A stretch of 64,000 bases of DNA from a bacterium (lineage in GTDB: Bacteria > Sumerlaeota > Sumerlaeia > SLMS01 > JAHLLQ01): the NCBI GenBank assembly GCA_020444065.1, contig JAHLLQ010000008.1, positions 78,138 through 142,137 on the forward strand, given 5' to 3'. A program made the translations under genes and the position numbers. Positions 26,146 through 34,479 of the stretch are shown piece after piece; position 1 is the stretch's first letter; each line of letters begins with the position of its first letter. The notes under the pieces were generated by a model. That model did not search any database, was not told the origin of the DNA, and was given only the letters and a program-made list of their open reading frames with translations.

Positions 26146-28490
26146 CGCTCATGAATGAACTATGGAAATTCGACGAGGCTGACGGCAGCCTCGTTATCAA
26201 CACGCCCACGCCGCCGCGCCCCTGGGCGAATTACCTGACGAATGGAAAGCACTTTGCCCTGATCACGCAGACGGGCGGTGGCTATTCCTTCTTCGAAAAC
26301 TGTGAGCACGGCCATCTGACCCGGTGGGCGCCGGCGAACTACCTCGCCGATCGACCTGGGCGATGGATCTACATCCGCGACAAGGCGACCGGCGATCTGT
26401 GGACGCCGAACTTCCAACCGACGCAGAATGCCGAGGACTTTCAGGGCCGTCACAGCATCGTAGAAACGACTCTCCAGTCGAAGCGAAACGGCATTCGCGC
26501 CTCCATGACCTATACTGTGCTCACAGAAGATCTGCGCCGCGAGGAGTGGCTCGTTCAAATCATCAACGAAAGCAACAAGAGACGCGAACTGGCCGTCTAC
26601 CCGCTGATCTTCTGGCAACTTGGGCATTACTTCTCCGATCTTGGAACTGCGAACCTGACCGCACTGATGAACCACGGGCGATTTGATCGCGATCGCAATG
26701 CCATCCGCGTCTCGCAGGCGCCTTGGGGAAACAAACCATGGCCGTACGAGGGATACTTCGCTTCCTCGCTGCCGATCGAGGCCTGGGAAATCGATCAGGA
26801 ACTCCTTGCTGGTCCCGGAGGGTCATGGGAACGACCGCATGGAATCACGGCTGGCAAGTTGACCAGCCCGGATTCCATCATGGGCGTTCCGATGGTGGCG
26901 TGCTATCAGCATAATGTGGAACTGGAGCCGGGCGAAGAGTTGGAGTTCACGATCGTACTCGGTGAAGGTGAACCAACGATTCCTCCCTCGCCCAACGAGT
27001 TCCGAGCGCTTCTCGATCAGCGTCGGCGCGAGGCGCGACGCTACTATACCGAGGACAGTTTCCAAATTGAGACGCCGCACGAAGGTTTGAATCAAATCGC
27101 GAACCTGTGGCTGAAACGCCAGGTCGTGATCAATAATCTGCTCGGGCGTAGCGCGACGCTGTACCACGAAGGCGGCGGCGAGTTGGGCTACCGCAACACG
27201 GCCCAGGATGCCTGGGGCATCTTGCCCATGGATGCCGAGTTTGCGCAGCAGCGCCTGGAGAAACTGTGCGAACACCAGCGGTCCTCCGGCCAGCCATTGC
27301 CCGGCTGGACCCCTTTGGTTGGCCCGTCGACGCACGAGCCACCCAGCGATTTCCCCGTCTGGCTTCCAATGCTCGCGCTGGATATCGTGAAGGAAACGGG
27401 GGACGGAGACTTTCTCGACAAGCCGCTTCGATTCTTCGATGGTGGCGAGGCACCGCTGTACGAGCATCTGATTCGCGCCGTCGACTTCCTGCATGCCCGC
27501 GCGCGCAGTCCACGCGGCCTGCCGCTGATGGGCACGCAGGACTGGAACGACGCGTTCGATCGGGTTGGCGCCGGCGGAAAGGGAGAGAGCGTTTGGCTCG
27601 CAATGGCGCATTGTTTTGCTCTGTTACGACTGGAGGAACTCGCGGCGTGGCGCGGCGATGAGGCGACCGCAAAACACTGTCGTCAACTCTGGCAGGAGAC
27701 GCGCGATCTCGTAAATCGACACGCCTGGGATGGTGACTGGTATGTCATCGCATTCGACGACGAGGGCCGCCCGGTTGGCTCAAGAAAGAATGAAGAGGGG
27801 AGGATTCACCTGAATGCTCAGACGTGGGCAATCATGGCGGAGATCCCGGATGCTGAGCAGATAGCAAAGATTCTGCGCGTCATTGACGAGCAACTCGACT
27901 CACCTCTCGGTCCTGTGATGCATGCTCCAGCTTACACAAAGTACAATCCCGCCGTGGGCCGAATCACCGCGTTTGCACCGGGTACGAAAGAGAATGCCGC
28001 GCTGTTTACTCATGCGGGCGCGTTCAAAATCTGGGCGGACTTGAAGCTGGGACGCGCGGAGCAAGCCTGGCGCACGTTTGATGCGCTTCTTCCATCCGGT
28101 CCCCATCGCGACCTGCAGATATATCGCGGCGAACCGCACGTCTTCTGCGAGTACGCGATCGGACCCGGAAACCCGCGGCACGGTGAAGGCACATTTACGT
28201 GGCTGACGGGTTCGGCCGATTGGCTGCTGCGAGCACTGCTGGATCGCATCATCGGAGTCGAACCAGATTTCGATTCTCTCAAAGTCGCGCCATGTCTGCC
28301 CCCTGCATGGAGAAGCGCGCGCTTGCGTCGCCCATGGCGTGGCGCGACTTACGAAATCGAGATTACCAGTCCCACCGGATCATCGCTGCAGATCGCATCT
28401 ATTCGTATCGATGGGAATCGAGCAACCGAACATCGCATCCCGGCCTTCAGAGATGGCCGTACGCACACAATCAAGATTGAGATGGAGTAA
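26142..28490 (+). CDS. GH94 glycoside phosphorylase, copy 2
   Basis: ORF 25743-28490 trimmed to the ATG at 26142 (MTLMNELWKFDEADGSLVINTPTPPRPWANYLTNG...TGGGYSFF), which makes an ATGA overlap with the upstream stop. Also GTQDWNDAFDRVGAGGKGESVWLAM. 782 aa. Confidence 0.85.
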   Translation: MTLMNELWKFDEADGSLVINTPTPPRPWANYLTNGKHFALITQTGGGYSFFENCEHGHLTRWAPANYLADRPGRWIYIRDKATGDLWTPNFQPTQNAEDFQGRHSIVETTLQSKRNGIRASMTYTVLTEDLRREEWLVQIINESNKRRELAVYPLIFWQLGHYFSDLGTANLTALMNHGRFDRDRNAIRVSQAPWGNKPWPYEGYFASSLPIEAWEIDQELLAGPGGSWERPHGITAGKLTSPDSIMGVPMVACYQHNVELEPGEELEFTIVLGEGEPTIPPSPNEFRALLDQRRREARRYYTEDSFQIETPHEGLNQIANLWLKRQVVINNLLGRSATLYHEGGGELGYRNTAQDAWGILPMDAEFAQQRLEKLCEHQRSSGQPLPGWTPLVGPSTHEPPSDFPVWLPMLALDIVKETGDGDFLDKPLRFFDGGEAPLYEHLIRAVDFLHARARSPRGLPLMGTQDWNDAFDRVGAGGKGESVWLAMAHCFALLRLEELAAWRGDEATAKHCRQLWQETRDLVNRHAWDGDWYVIAFDDEGRPVGSRKNEEGRIHLNAQTWAIMAEIPDAEQIAKILRVIDEQLDSPLGPVMHAPAYTKYNPAVGRITAFAPGTKENAALFTHAGAFKIWADLKLGRAEQAWRTFDALLPSGPHRDLQIYRGEPHVFCEYAIGPGNPRHGEGTFTWLTGSADWLLRALLDRIIGVEPDFDSLKVAPCLPPAWRSARLRRPWRGATYEIEITSPTGSSLQIASIRIDGNRATEHRIPAFRDGRTHTIKIEME

Positions 28491-28494
28491 CAGA

Positions 28495-31137
28495 TTGAAG
28501 CCAACAGCACTGAAAACACGGATCGATCTCAATGGCGAGTGGCAATTGGCACCCGGTACGCGCAATGGAAAGCGCGTGCCGAAGCGCTGGAGTTTCAGTC
28601 TGCCCGTGCCCGGGCTTGTCGATCTTGCTGAAGGCTATGAGTACGGCAAGCGGCGCTATCATTTCTACCGGCGCGTAATCGACCTTCCAGCAACACCGAG
28701 CGGCACGGAAGTCGATCTTGTTCTGGAGCAGAGCATGTGGACGACCGCCGTCTGGTGCAACGGGCACGCGGTCGGCGAATCAGACGATTGTTACCTGCCG
28801 CAACGCTTTGACCTGACTCCTCATTTGCGCACCGGCCGAAATGAGATCGCCGTTCGCATCGGCGGATACGATACTTTGCCAGAGGATCACGTTGGGGGAA
28901 AAGACCACGAGCGCATCGAATGGATTCCCGGCATCTGGGGCGATGCTTTCCTGCATATCTTCCGTCGCGCTCGCATAGAGAGTATCCAAGTCCTTCCTGA
29001 TGACGATTTGCGCGGATGCCGGTTGCTCGCGCGCATCGAGAATCGCAGTGGCCAGCGTCTGAATGCCACTGTTCGCGCTGAAGTGGCGGAGTTCAAATCG
29101 AATGCGGTCGTCCAGTCTCAAAGCGAACCTGTCCGACTGCAATCGGGCAAAACGAGGGAAGTCGAACTGCAACTCCGCTGGAACAATGCGAAGCGATGGT
29201 CGCCGGAGTCCCCGTTCCTCTACCTTGCCAATGTCACGTTGATCGAAGACGACGAGATCCTCGATGGAAGCTCTGCCCGCTTTGGCCTTCGCAAGATTGA
29301 GATTCGCGGAAATCAGTTCTATCTGAATGGAACGAAGAGACCTCTGCGCGGTGGAAACATCGCGTTTCATCGATTTCTCGGCGACGTCTCGCGCCGCGAT
29401 TTGCCCTGGAACATGAAATGGGTACGGCGCGTTTTCGCGACCATTCCCAAAGCGCATCACATGACGTTCTTCCGCGCGCACATCGGCCTCATGTATCGAT
29501 GTTGGTACGATATCGCGGACGAGGAAGGCATTCTGCTGCAGGACGAATGGCCGTTCTGGGGTGTGTCGGCGTCGATGCCGCGCGTACGCGATGCATTCAT
29601 CAAGTGGCTTCGAGCGCATGGGAATCATCCATCGATCATCCTTTGGGATCCGGGAAATGAATGCGACCTCTCAGAGGTTGGGCGGCGCGCGATTCCCGCA
29701 ATGAAGAAGCTCGATCCCACGCGTCCATGGTGCCATGTCGACACCCACGAAGAGCACCCCTACCATTGGTCTCTAACGCCGGTGTGGCCCGAGCGCGCGA
29801 TGGGGCATGCGCGCTCACCAGAGGACATTCGCGACTCCGATGTCCCGGCGATTATCAATGAGTTTGTCTGGTTCTGGCTGGATTCAAAGGGCGATACCAC
29901 GGTTCTGACAGACATGGTGATCGAGCGCTGGCTCGGCACGAATGTACCGAAGAAGCAGCGTCTCGAATACCAGGCCTGGCTCGCGCGTGAGTGCATCGAA
30001 GTCTGGCGTCGGCTGGACATCGCAGCGATACAACCCTTCGTTTACCTGAGCGCCGACGGGGGATGTACGGCGAACTGGTTCGATGGAGACTTGACGAAGG
30101 CGAAACCAAAGCCCGTGTTGCGCGCCGTGAAAGAAGCGCTCGCGCCACTAGGCGTCAGCATCGACCTGTGGGACAGGCACTTCTTCCCGGGAGAGCGCCG
30201 GACAATACCTGTGCACGTCTTCAATGACTATCCCACCGCCAAGACAATGCGATTGGAATTCGGATTTGCATCGAAGGCGCGGCGCTGGCTGAACGAGCCA
30301 GACGTGCAGCAGCTCAAGCTGTCTGCCGCGACTCATCGCGTGTTGCGCATCCCGATCGAAATGCCAACGCGCGGCGATGCGATCCTGCTGGCGAAGTGCT
30401 TCACCGAGGACGGACAAGAGATGGGCGTCAGCGAGAAGACCATCCACATTCTTCCGAAGCCCGTTGCACCAACAAAGATTCGCAAACTGCGAGTTGCTAT
30501 GATCGATCCGCGCGGAGAAATGCACGATTGGACTGAGAGACAAGGGCTTTCCACTGGTCAGCCAACGCCCGAGTCGCTCTCTGGCTACCAGGTTCTGTGG
30601 CTTGGCGAAGGCGCGCTTCAGTCAAAGGAGTTTGTGGACATCCAACCCAAGCTGCGAACCTTCGTGCGCAGTGGGGGACTGCTGATCGTTCAGGAGCCGG
30701 AGTTCGAACGTGACAACCAGGAAGAGATCGAATTCTTTCCAGGCACAAAGATCGTCGCCGGGCCGCGAAACGATGTCGACAAGGGCGGGTACGACGCTGT
30801 CGTTCATCCGACCGCGGAGTGTCCGCAGGAGTTGCTTCACGGCCTGAAGCCCAAGCATCTCTCATACTTCAGTGGCGGCACGCCCGGCATGGTCGTCTCC
30901 GAAGGTGTGGCGGAAATCACGGGGCGCGGCGAAGTCTGGATGCGGTGCGGGATTAGACTCAAGATCCCGGCGTTGTCAGCGAAGCGAATCGGCGACGGCG
31001 TTGTTATCGTAAATCGAGTGCAACTTCGCGGTCGCCTGCTTGGCGAAAAGACAGGGTCTTGGCCGCGTCGACCCGATCCCGTGGCACAGAAGTTAGCATT
31101 GAATCTGCTGGCATTTGCAGGACGGCAAACGCGCTGA
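28495..31137 (+). CDS. GH2-family glycoside hydrolase (beta-mannosidase/beta-galactosidase-like), cytoplasmic
   Basis: Start uncertain: TTG at 28495 (GGAG 8 nt upstream) or ATG at 28453 (38-nt overlap). GH2 sugar-binding N-domain (IDLNGEWQL...VWCNGHAVGESDDCYLPQRFDLT), ILWDPGNECDL (acid/base), IINEFVWFWLD (nucleophile region). Confidence 0.7.
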   Translation: MKPTALKTRIDLNGEWQLAPGTRNGKRVPKRWSFSLPVPGLVDLAEGYEYGKRRYHFYRRVIDLPATPSGTEVDLVLEQSMWTTAVWCNGHAVGESDDCYLPQRFDLTPHLRTGRNEIAVRIGGYDTLPEDHVGGKDHERIEWIPGIWGDAFLHIFRRARIESIQVLPDDDLRGCRLLARIENRSGQRLNATVRAEVAEFKSNAVVQSQSEPVRLQSGKTREVELQLRWNNAKRWSPESPFLYLANVTLIEDDEILDGSSARFGLRKIEIRGNQFYLNGTKRPLRGGNIAFHRFLGDVSRRDLPWNMKWVRRVFATIPKAHHMTFFRAHIGLMYRCWYDIADEEGILLQDEWPFWGVSASMPRVRDAFIKWLRAHGNHPSIILWDPGNECDLSEVGRRAIPAMKKLDPTRPWCHVDTHEEHPYHWSLTPVWPERAMGHARSPEDIRDSDVPAIINEFVWFWLDSKGDTTVLTDMVIERWLGTNVPKKQRLEYQAWLARECIEVWRRLDIAAIQPFVYLSADGGCTANWFDGDLTKAKPKPVLRAVKEALAPLGVSIDLWDRHFFPGERRTIPVHVFNDYPTAKTMRLEFGFASKARRWLNEPDVQQLKLSAATHRVLRIPIEMPTRGDAILLAKCFTEDGQEMGVSEKTIHILPKPVAPTKIRKLRVAMIDPRGEMHDWTERQGLSTGQPTPESLSGYQVLWLGEGALQSKEFVDIQPKLRTFVRSGGLLIVQEPEFERDNQEEIEFFPGTKIVAGPRNDVDKGGYDAVVHPTAECPQELLHGLKPKHLSYFSGGTPGMVVSEGVAEITGRGEVWMRCGIRLKIPALSAKRIGDGVVIVNRVQLRGRLLGEKTGSWPRRPDPVAQKLALNLLAFAGRQTR

Positions 31138-31140
31138 GGC

Positions 31141-32454
31141 TCAGTCGATTCTGTGCAATGTCCAGTTCGTCGGTGGAGCGATAGCGGTTTCGGTAAATGG
31201 AAGGTCCGTCAAGGTCCGGAAGGTCAACGTATCCTCGGCACGATCCAGCACAACCGGCGGTTCATCGTCGGTGATCAGCGCTGCAGAGAGCGACATCTCC
31301 GCGCGCAACATTGGCCAATTTGGAACATCGTAAACCACCTGCGGGTTCTCCCCAGGGGCAAGCATCTCCGTTTGATCCTCAAACAGCCCCTGGCCATCGC
31401 GCCAGCGGATGCAAATCGCAAGGCGGTAGGGGATTTCCACACCATTCTCATCCAGATCGAAGACAAACCGGCAGGGATCGCCGGTGCGCACGGAGTCGAC
31501 AGATTCTCCTTCTGCGTTCTCCAGGCGCACATTGCGGAATCGGGGCACTGACTTCCCGATGTATTCGTCCAACTTCTTCTCACGCAACTCCGCCTCATCC
31601 CCGTTGGCGACGATCGCCTGCGTCGGTGCAAGAAAATGGGTCGGCAGAATGGAACGCTGAGACATGAACTTAAGATATGCCTGAGAAACATCCCGCGACG
31701 CACCGGTCATCTTCACGATTCCGTGATCAACCCACAGCAAGCGATCGCATAGATCACGAGCTGTGGCTGTCTCGTGCGTGACCAGAACGATCGTCGTTCC
31801 TTTCTCATGGAGTTCCAGCACCTTCATCATGCCGCGCTGTTGAAACTCCGCATCGCCGACCGCCAGAATCTCATCGACGAGGAGAATCTCGGAGTCCAAG
31901 TGAAACGCGACACTGCACGCCAAGCGCGCATACATTCCGCTGGAGTAGTGCTTCACTGGCTCGTAGATGAACTTGCGCAGACCCGAGAACTCGATGATTT
32001 CCTGAAGCTTCTCCAGCAGCTTCTGGCGCGGCATTCCGAGGAGCGCGCCGTTGTAGAAGATGTTCTCCATCCCCGTCAGTTCGGGGTGAAAGCCGACCCC
32101 GAGTTCCAGCATTGACGTCACACGACCGTTGACATGGATCGAGCCGGACGTCGGCTGCGTGATGCCCGCGACCAGCTTGAGGATCGTCGACTTGCCGGCT
32201 CCGTTTGCACCGACAAACCCAACCATCTCGCCCCTCGAAACGCGGAAGGAGACATCCGAAAGCGCGTGAAACGGTTCGCGTTTCAGGTACTCGAAGAGCT
32301 TGCTGACAAACCACGAGCCGAACCGTGGCGCGGCGCGCTGCTGGATCTGGTAGACCTTCGAGACATTGCAGAACTCCACCGCGGCCACATCATGATCGAT
32401 GCGCGATCGGCGGCGAATCTGAACATCAATGTCTTCCTGGGTCAGTTTTTCCAT
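31141..32454 (-). CDS. Wzt/TagH-type polysaccharide-export ABC ATPase with C-terminal Wzt_C-like beta-sandwich; no partner permease nearby
   Basis: ORF trimmed to the ATG at 32454 (MEKLTQEDIDV). Motifs: GANGAGKSTILKL, YSSGMYARLACSVAF, LLVDEILAVGD, VTHE. ~190-aa C-terminal extension. Confidence 0.75.
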   Translation of the reverse strand: MEKLTQEDIDVQIRRRSRIDHDVAAVEFCNVSKVYQIQQRAAPRFGSWFVSKLFEYLKREPFHALSDVSFRVSRGEMVGFVGANGAGKSTILKLVAGITQPTSGSIHVNGRVTSMLELGVGFHPELTGMENIFYNGALLGMPRQKLLEKLQEIIEFSGLRKFIYEPVKHYSSGMYARLACSVAFHLDSEILLVDEILAVGDAEFQQRGMMKVLELHEKGTTIVLVTHETATARDLCDRLLWVDHGIVKMTGASRDVSQAYLKFMSQRSILPTHFLAPTQAIVANGDEAELREKKLDEYIGKSVPRFRNVRLENAEGESVDSVRTGDPCRFVFDLDENGVEIPYRLAICIRWRDGQGLFEDQTEMLAPGENPQVVYDVPNWPMLRAEMSLSAALITDDEPPVVLDRAEDTLTFRTLTDLPFTETAIAPPTNWTLHRID

Positions 32455-32586
32455 GGGCGCCTGAACGCAGGTTTTCCTCCCTGCGAGTTTCGTCAATCGT
32501 GAACCAGACAAATAACCCCGGGCAACCAAAGTCGCCCGGGAGAGGGGTTTCATTTCCAGAGGTTTCGGCAGGAGTCCACGTACGGA

Positions 32587-34452
32587 CTACTCCTTGTCCT
32601 TCTCTTCCTCTTCCTTCTTCTTCATCGTGCTCTTGATCTTCAGTTCCTTCAGCGAGCGCTCCGGAACCGAACTCGGCGCTGCCGTCAATGGGCAGTATCC
32701 AGTCTGAGTCTTCGGGAACGCGATGACGTCGCGAATGCTGTCCGTCCCGGTCATCAGCATTACCATGCGGTCGAATCCGAATGCGATGCCGCCGTGCGGG
32801 GGCGCGCCGAACTGCAGCGCTTCGAGCAGGAAGCCGAACTTCTCTTGCGCTTCTTCCTCGCCGATGCCGATCGCGCTGAAGACCTTCTCCTGGACATCGG
32901 AACGGTGAATACGAATCGATCCGCCGCCGATCTCCTCGCCGTTGAGCGCAAGGTCGTAAGCCAGCGAGCGAACCTCGCCCTGCTTGTCGGTTCCGAACAG
33001 AGCCAGATCCTCTTCGTTCACATTCGTGAACGGATGGTGCAGCGGATCCCAACGCTTCTCGTCCTCGTTCCACTCGAACGCCGGGAAATCGACGATCCAG
33101 ACGAATCGCCACAGGCCTTCGTCGATCAGACCCATCTCGCGGCCGAGCAGCAGACGCAGCCGTCCCAGGTGTTCCGCCGCCGTCGCGGCCTTCTCGTTGG
33201 CGACCAGGAAGATGATGTCGCCCGGCTTGCCGTTCATGCGCTTGCAGATTTCCGCCAGCGGCTCCGGATCGAAGAACTTCGATATGCTGCTCTCGAGTTC
33301 GCCGGCCTCGTTCACCTTGAACCACGCATAGGCACGAATGCCCGTCTCGCGCGTCACTTGCTGGCTGAATTTGCTGTCCGGGCGAAGCTGCATATTGCTG
33401 AACTCGGACGCCTTGCCCGGCACGCACAATGCGCGCACCACGCCACCTTCCTTCACCAGTTTGTTGAAGACTTGGAAGTTACAGCCCTTCGACTTCATGA
33501 TGTCTGTCAGATCTTCGATTTCGAGTCCAAATCGCAGGTCCGGCTTGTCGCTGCCATAACGCAGGATCGCCTCGGCGTAACTCATTCGCGCCATCGGCAA
33601 CGGCACGTCCACGCCCAGGCATTCCTTCCACAGGTGCGCGACAAGGCCTTCCATCGTCTCGATGATATCCTCGACTGTCACGAACGACATCTCGAGGTCG
33701 ATCTGCGTGAATTCCGGCTGACGATTCGCGCGCAAGTCCTCATCGCGGAAGCAACGCGCGATCTGGAAGTAGCGCTCGAACCCGGAGACCATCAGCAGCT
33801 GTTTGAACAACTGCGGCGACTGGGGCAGGGCGTAGAACTTCCCCGGATCCAGGCGTGACGGCACGATGAAGTCGCGTGCGCCTTCGGGCGTCGCCTTCGT
33901 CAGGATCGGCGTTTCGAATTCCACAAAGCCATTGTTCGCCAGGTAACCGCGCGTCGCCTGGTACATGCGGTGACGCATCAGGAAGTTCTTCTGAATCTCC
34001 TCGCGGCGCAGGTCCAGATAGCGATAGCGCAGCCGGATATCTTCGCTGACGTGGCTGTACTCGTCGATCTGGAAAGGCAGCGGCTTACTGGGCGAGAGTA
34101 CCTCGACCTCGTGCGCTACGATCTCGACGTTACCGGTCGGCAGCTTCGGATTCTCCGTGCCTTCTGGGCGACGCGTCAGTTCTCCGCTCACGGCCAGAAC
34201 GAACTCGCTCCGCATGGCGTGCAACTGCTCATACACATCATCCGGAACGTCGCCGGGATTGATGCGGATCTGCAGAATGCCGGAGCGATCGCGCAGATCG
34301 AAGAAGACGATTCCTCCCAAGTCCCGGCGCCTGTGCAGCCAGCCCTTCGCGACCACAGTCTGGCCGATGTGCTCTTCGCGGAATTCTCCGCAGTAGTGTG
34401 TTCGTTTTGCAGCTTGCAATGACGTCATGGAATTGCTTTCCGTTTCTTCCAT
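32587..34452 (-). CDS. aspS: Aspartate--tRNA ligase
   Basis: 621 aa. Motifs: RTHYCGEF...GWLHRRRDLGGIVFFDLRDRSG, class II motifs FRDEDLRANRQPEFTQIDLEMSF and GGGSIRIH...PPHGGIAFGFDR. The start could be M9 (34428). Lys/Glu-rich C-terminal tail. Confidence 0.95.
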   Translation of the reverse strand: MEETESNSMTSLQAAKRTHYCGEFREEHIGQTVVAKGWLHRRRDLGGIVFFDLRDRSGILQIRINPGDVPDDVYEQLHAMRSEFVLAVSGELTRRPEGTENPKLPTGNVEIVAHEVEVLSPSKPLPFQIDEYSHVSEDIRLRYRYLDLRREEIQKNFLMRHRMYQATRGYLANNGFVEFETPILTKATPEGARDFIVPSRLDPGKFYALPQSPQLFKQLLMVSGFERYFQIARCFRDEDLRANRQPEFTQIDLEMSFVTVEDIIETMEGLVAHLWKECLGVDVPLPMARMSYAEAILRYGSDKPDLRFGLEIEDLTDIMKSKGCNFQVFNKLVKEGGVVRALCVPGKASEFSNMQLRPDSKFSQQVTRETGIRAYAWFKVNEAGELESSISKFFDPEPLAEICKRMNGKPGDIIFLVANEKAATAAEHLGRLRLLLGREMGLIDEGLWRFVWIVDFPAFEWNEDEKRWDPLHHPFTNVNEEDLALFGTDKQGEVRSLAYDLALNGEEIGGGSIRIHRSDVQEKVFSAIGIGEEEAQEKFGFLLEALQFGAPPHGGIAFGFDRMVMLMTGTDSIRDVIAFPKTQTGYCPLTAAPSSVPERSLKELKIKSTMKKKEEEEKDKE

Positions 34453-34479
34453 TCAGATTGTGAGTATTTGGTCGACCGC

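Noticed and set aside
32587-32650. The Lys/Glu-rich C-terminal tail of AspRS (KIKSTMKKKEEEEKDKE) and the hydrophilic C-terminal extension of CydA.
   Set aside because: These are low-complexity tails with no recognisable motif. Such extensions are common and cannot be interpreted from sequence alone.
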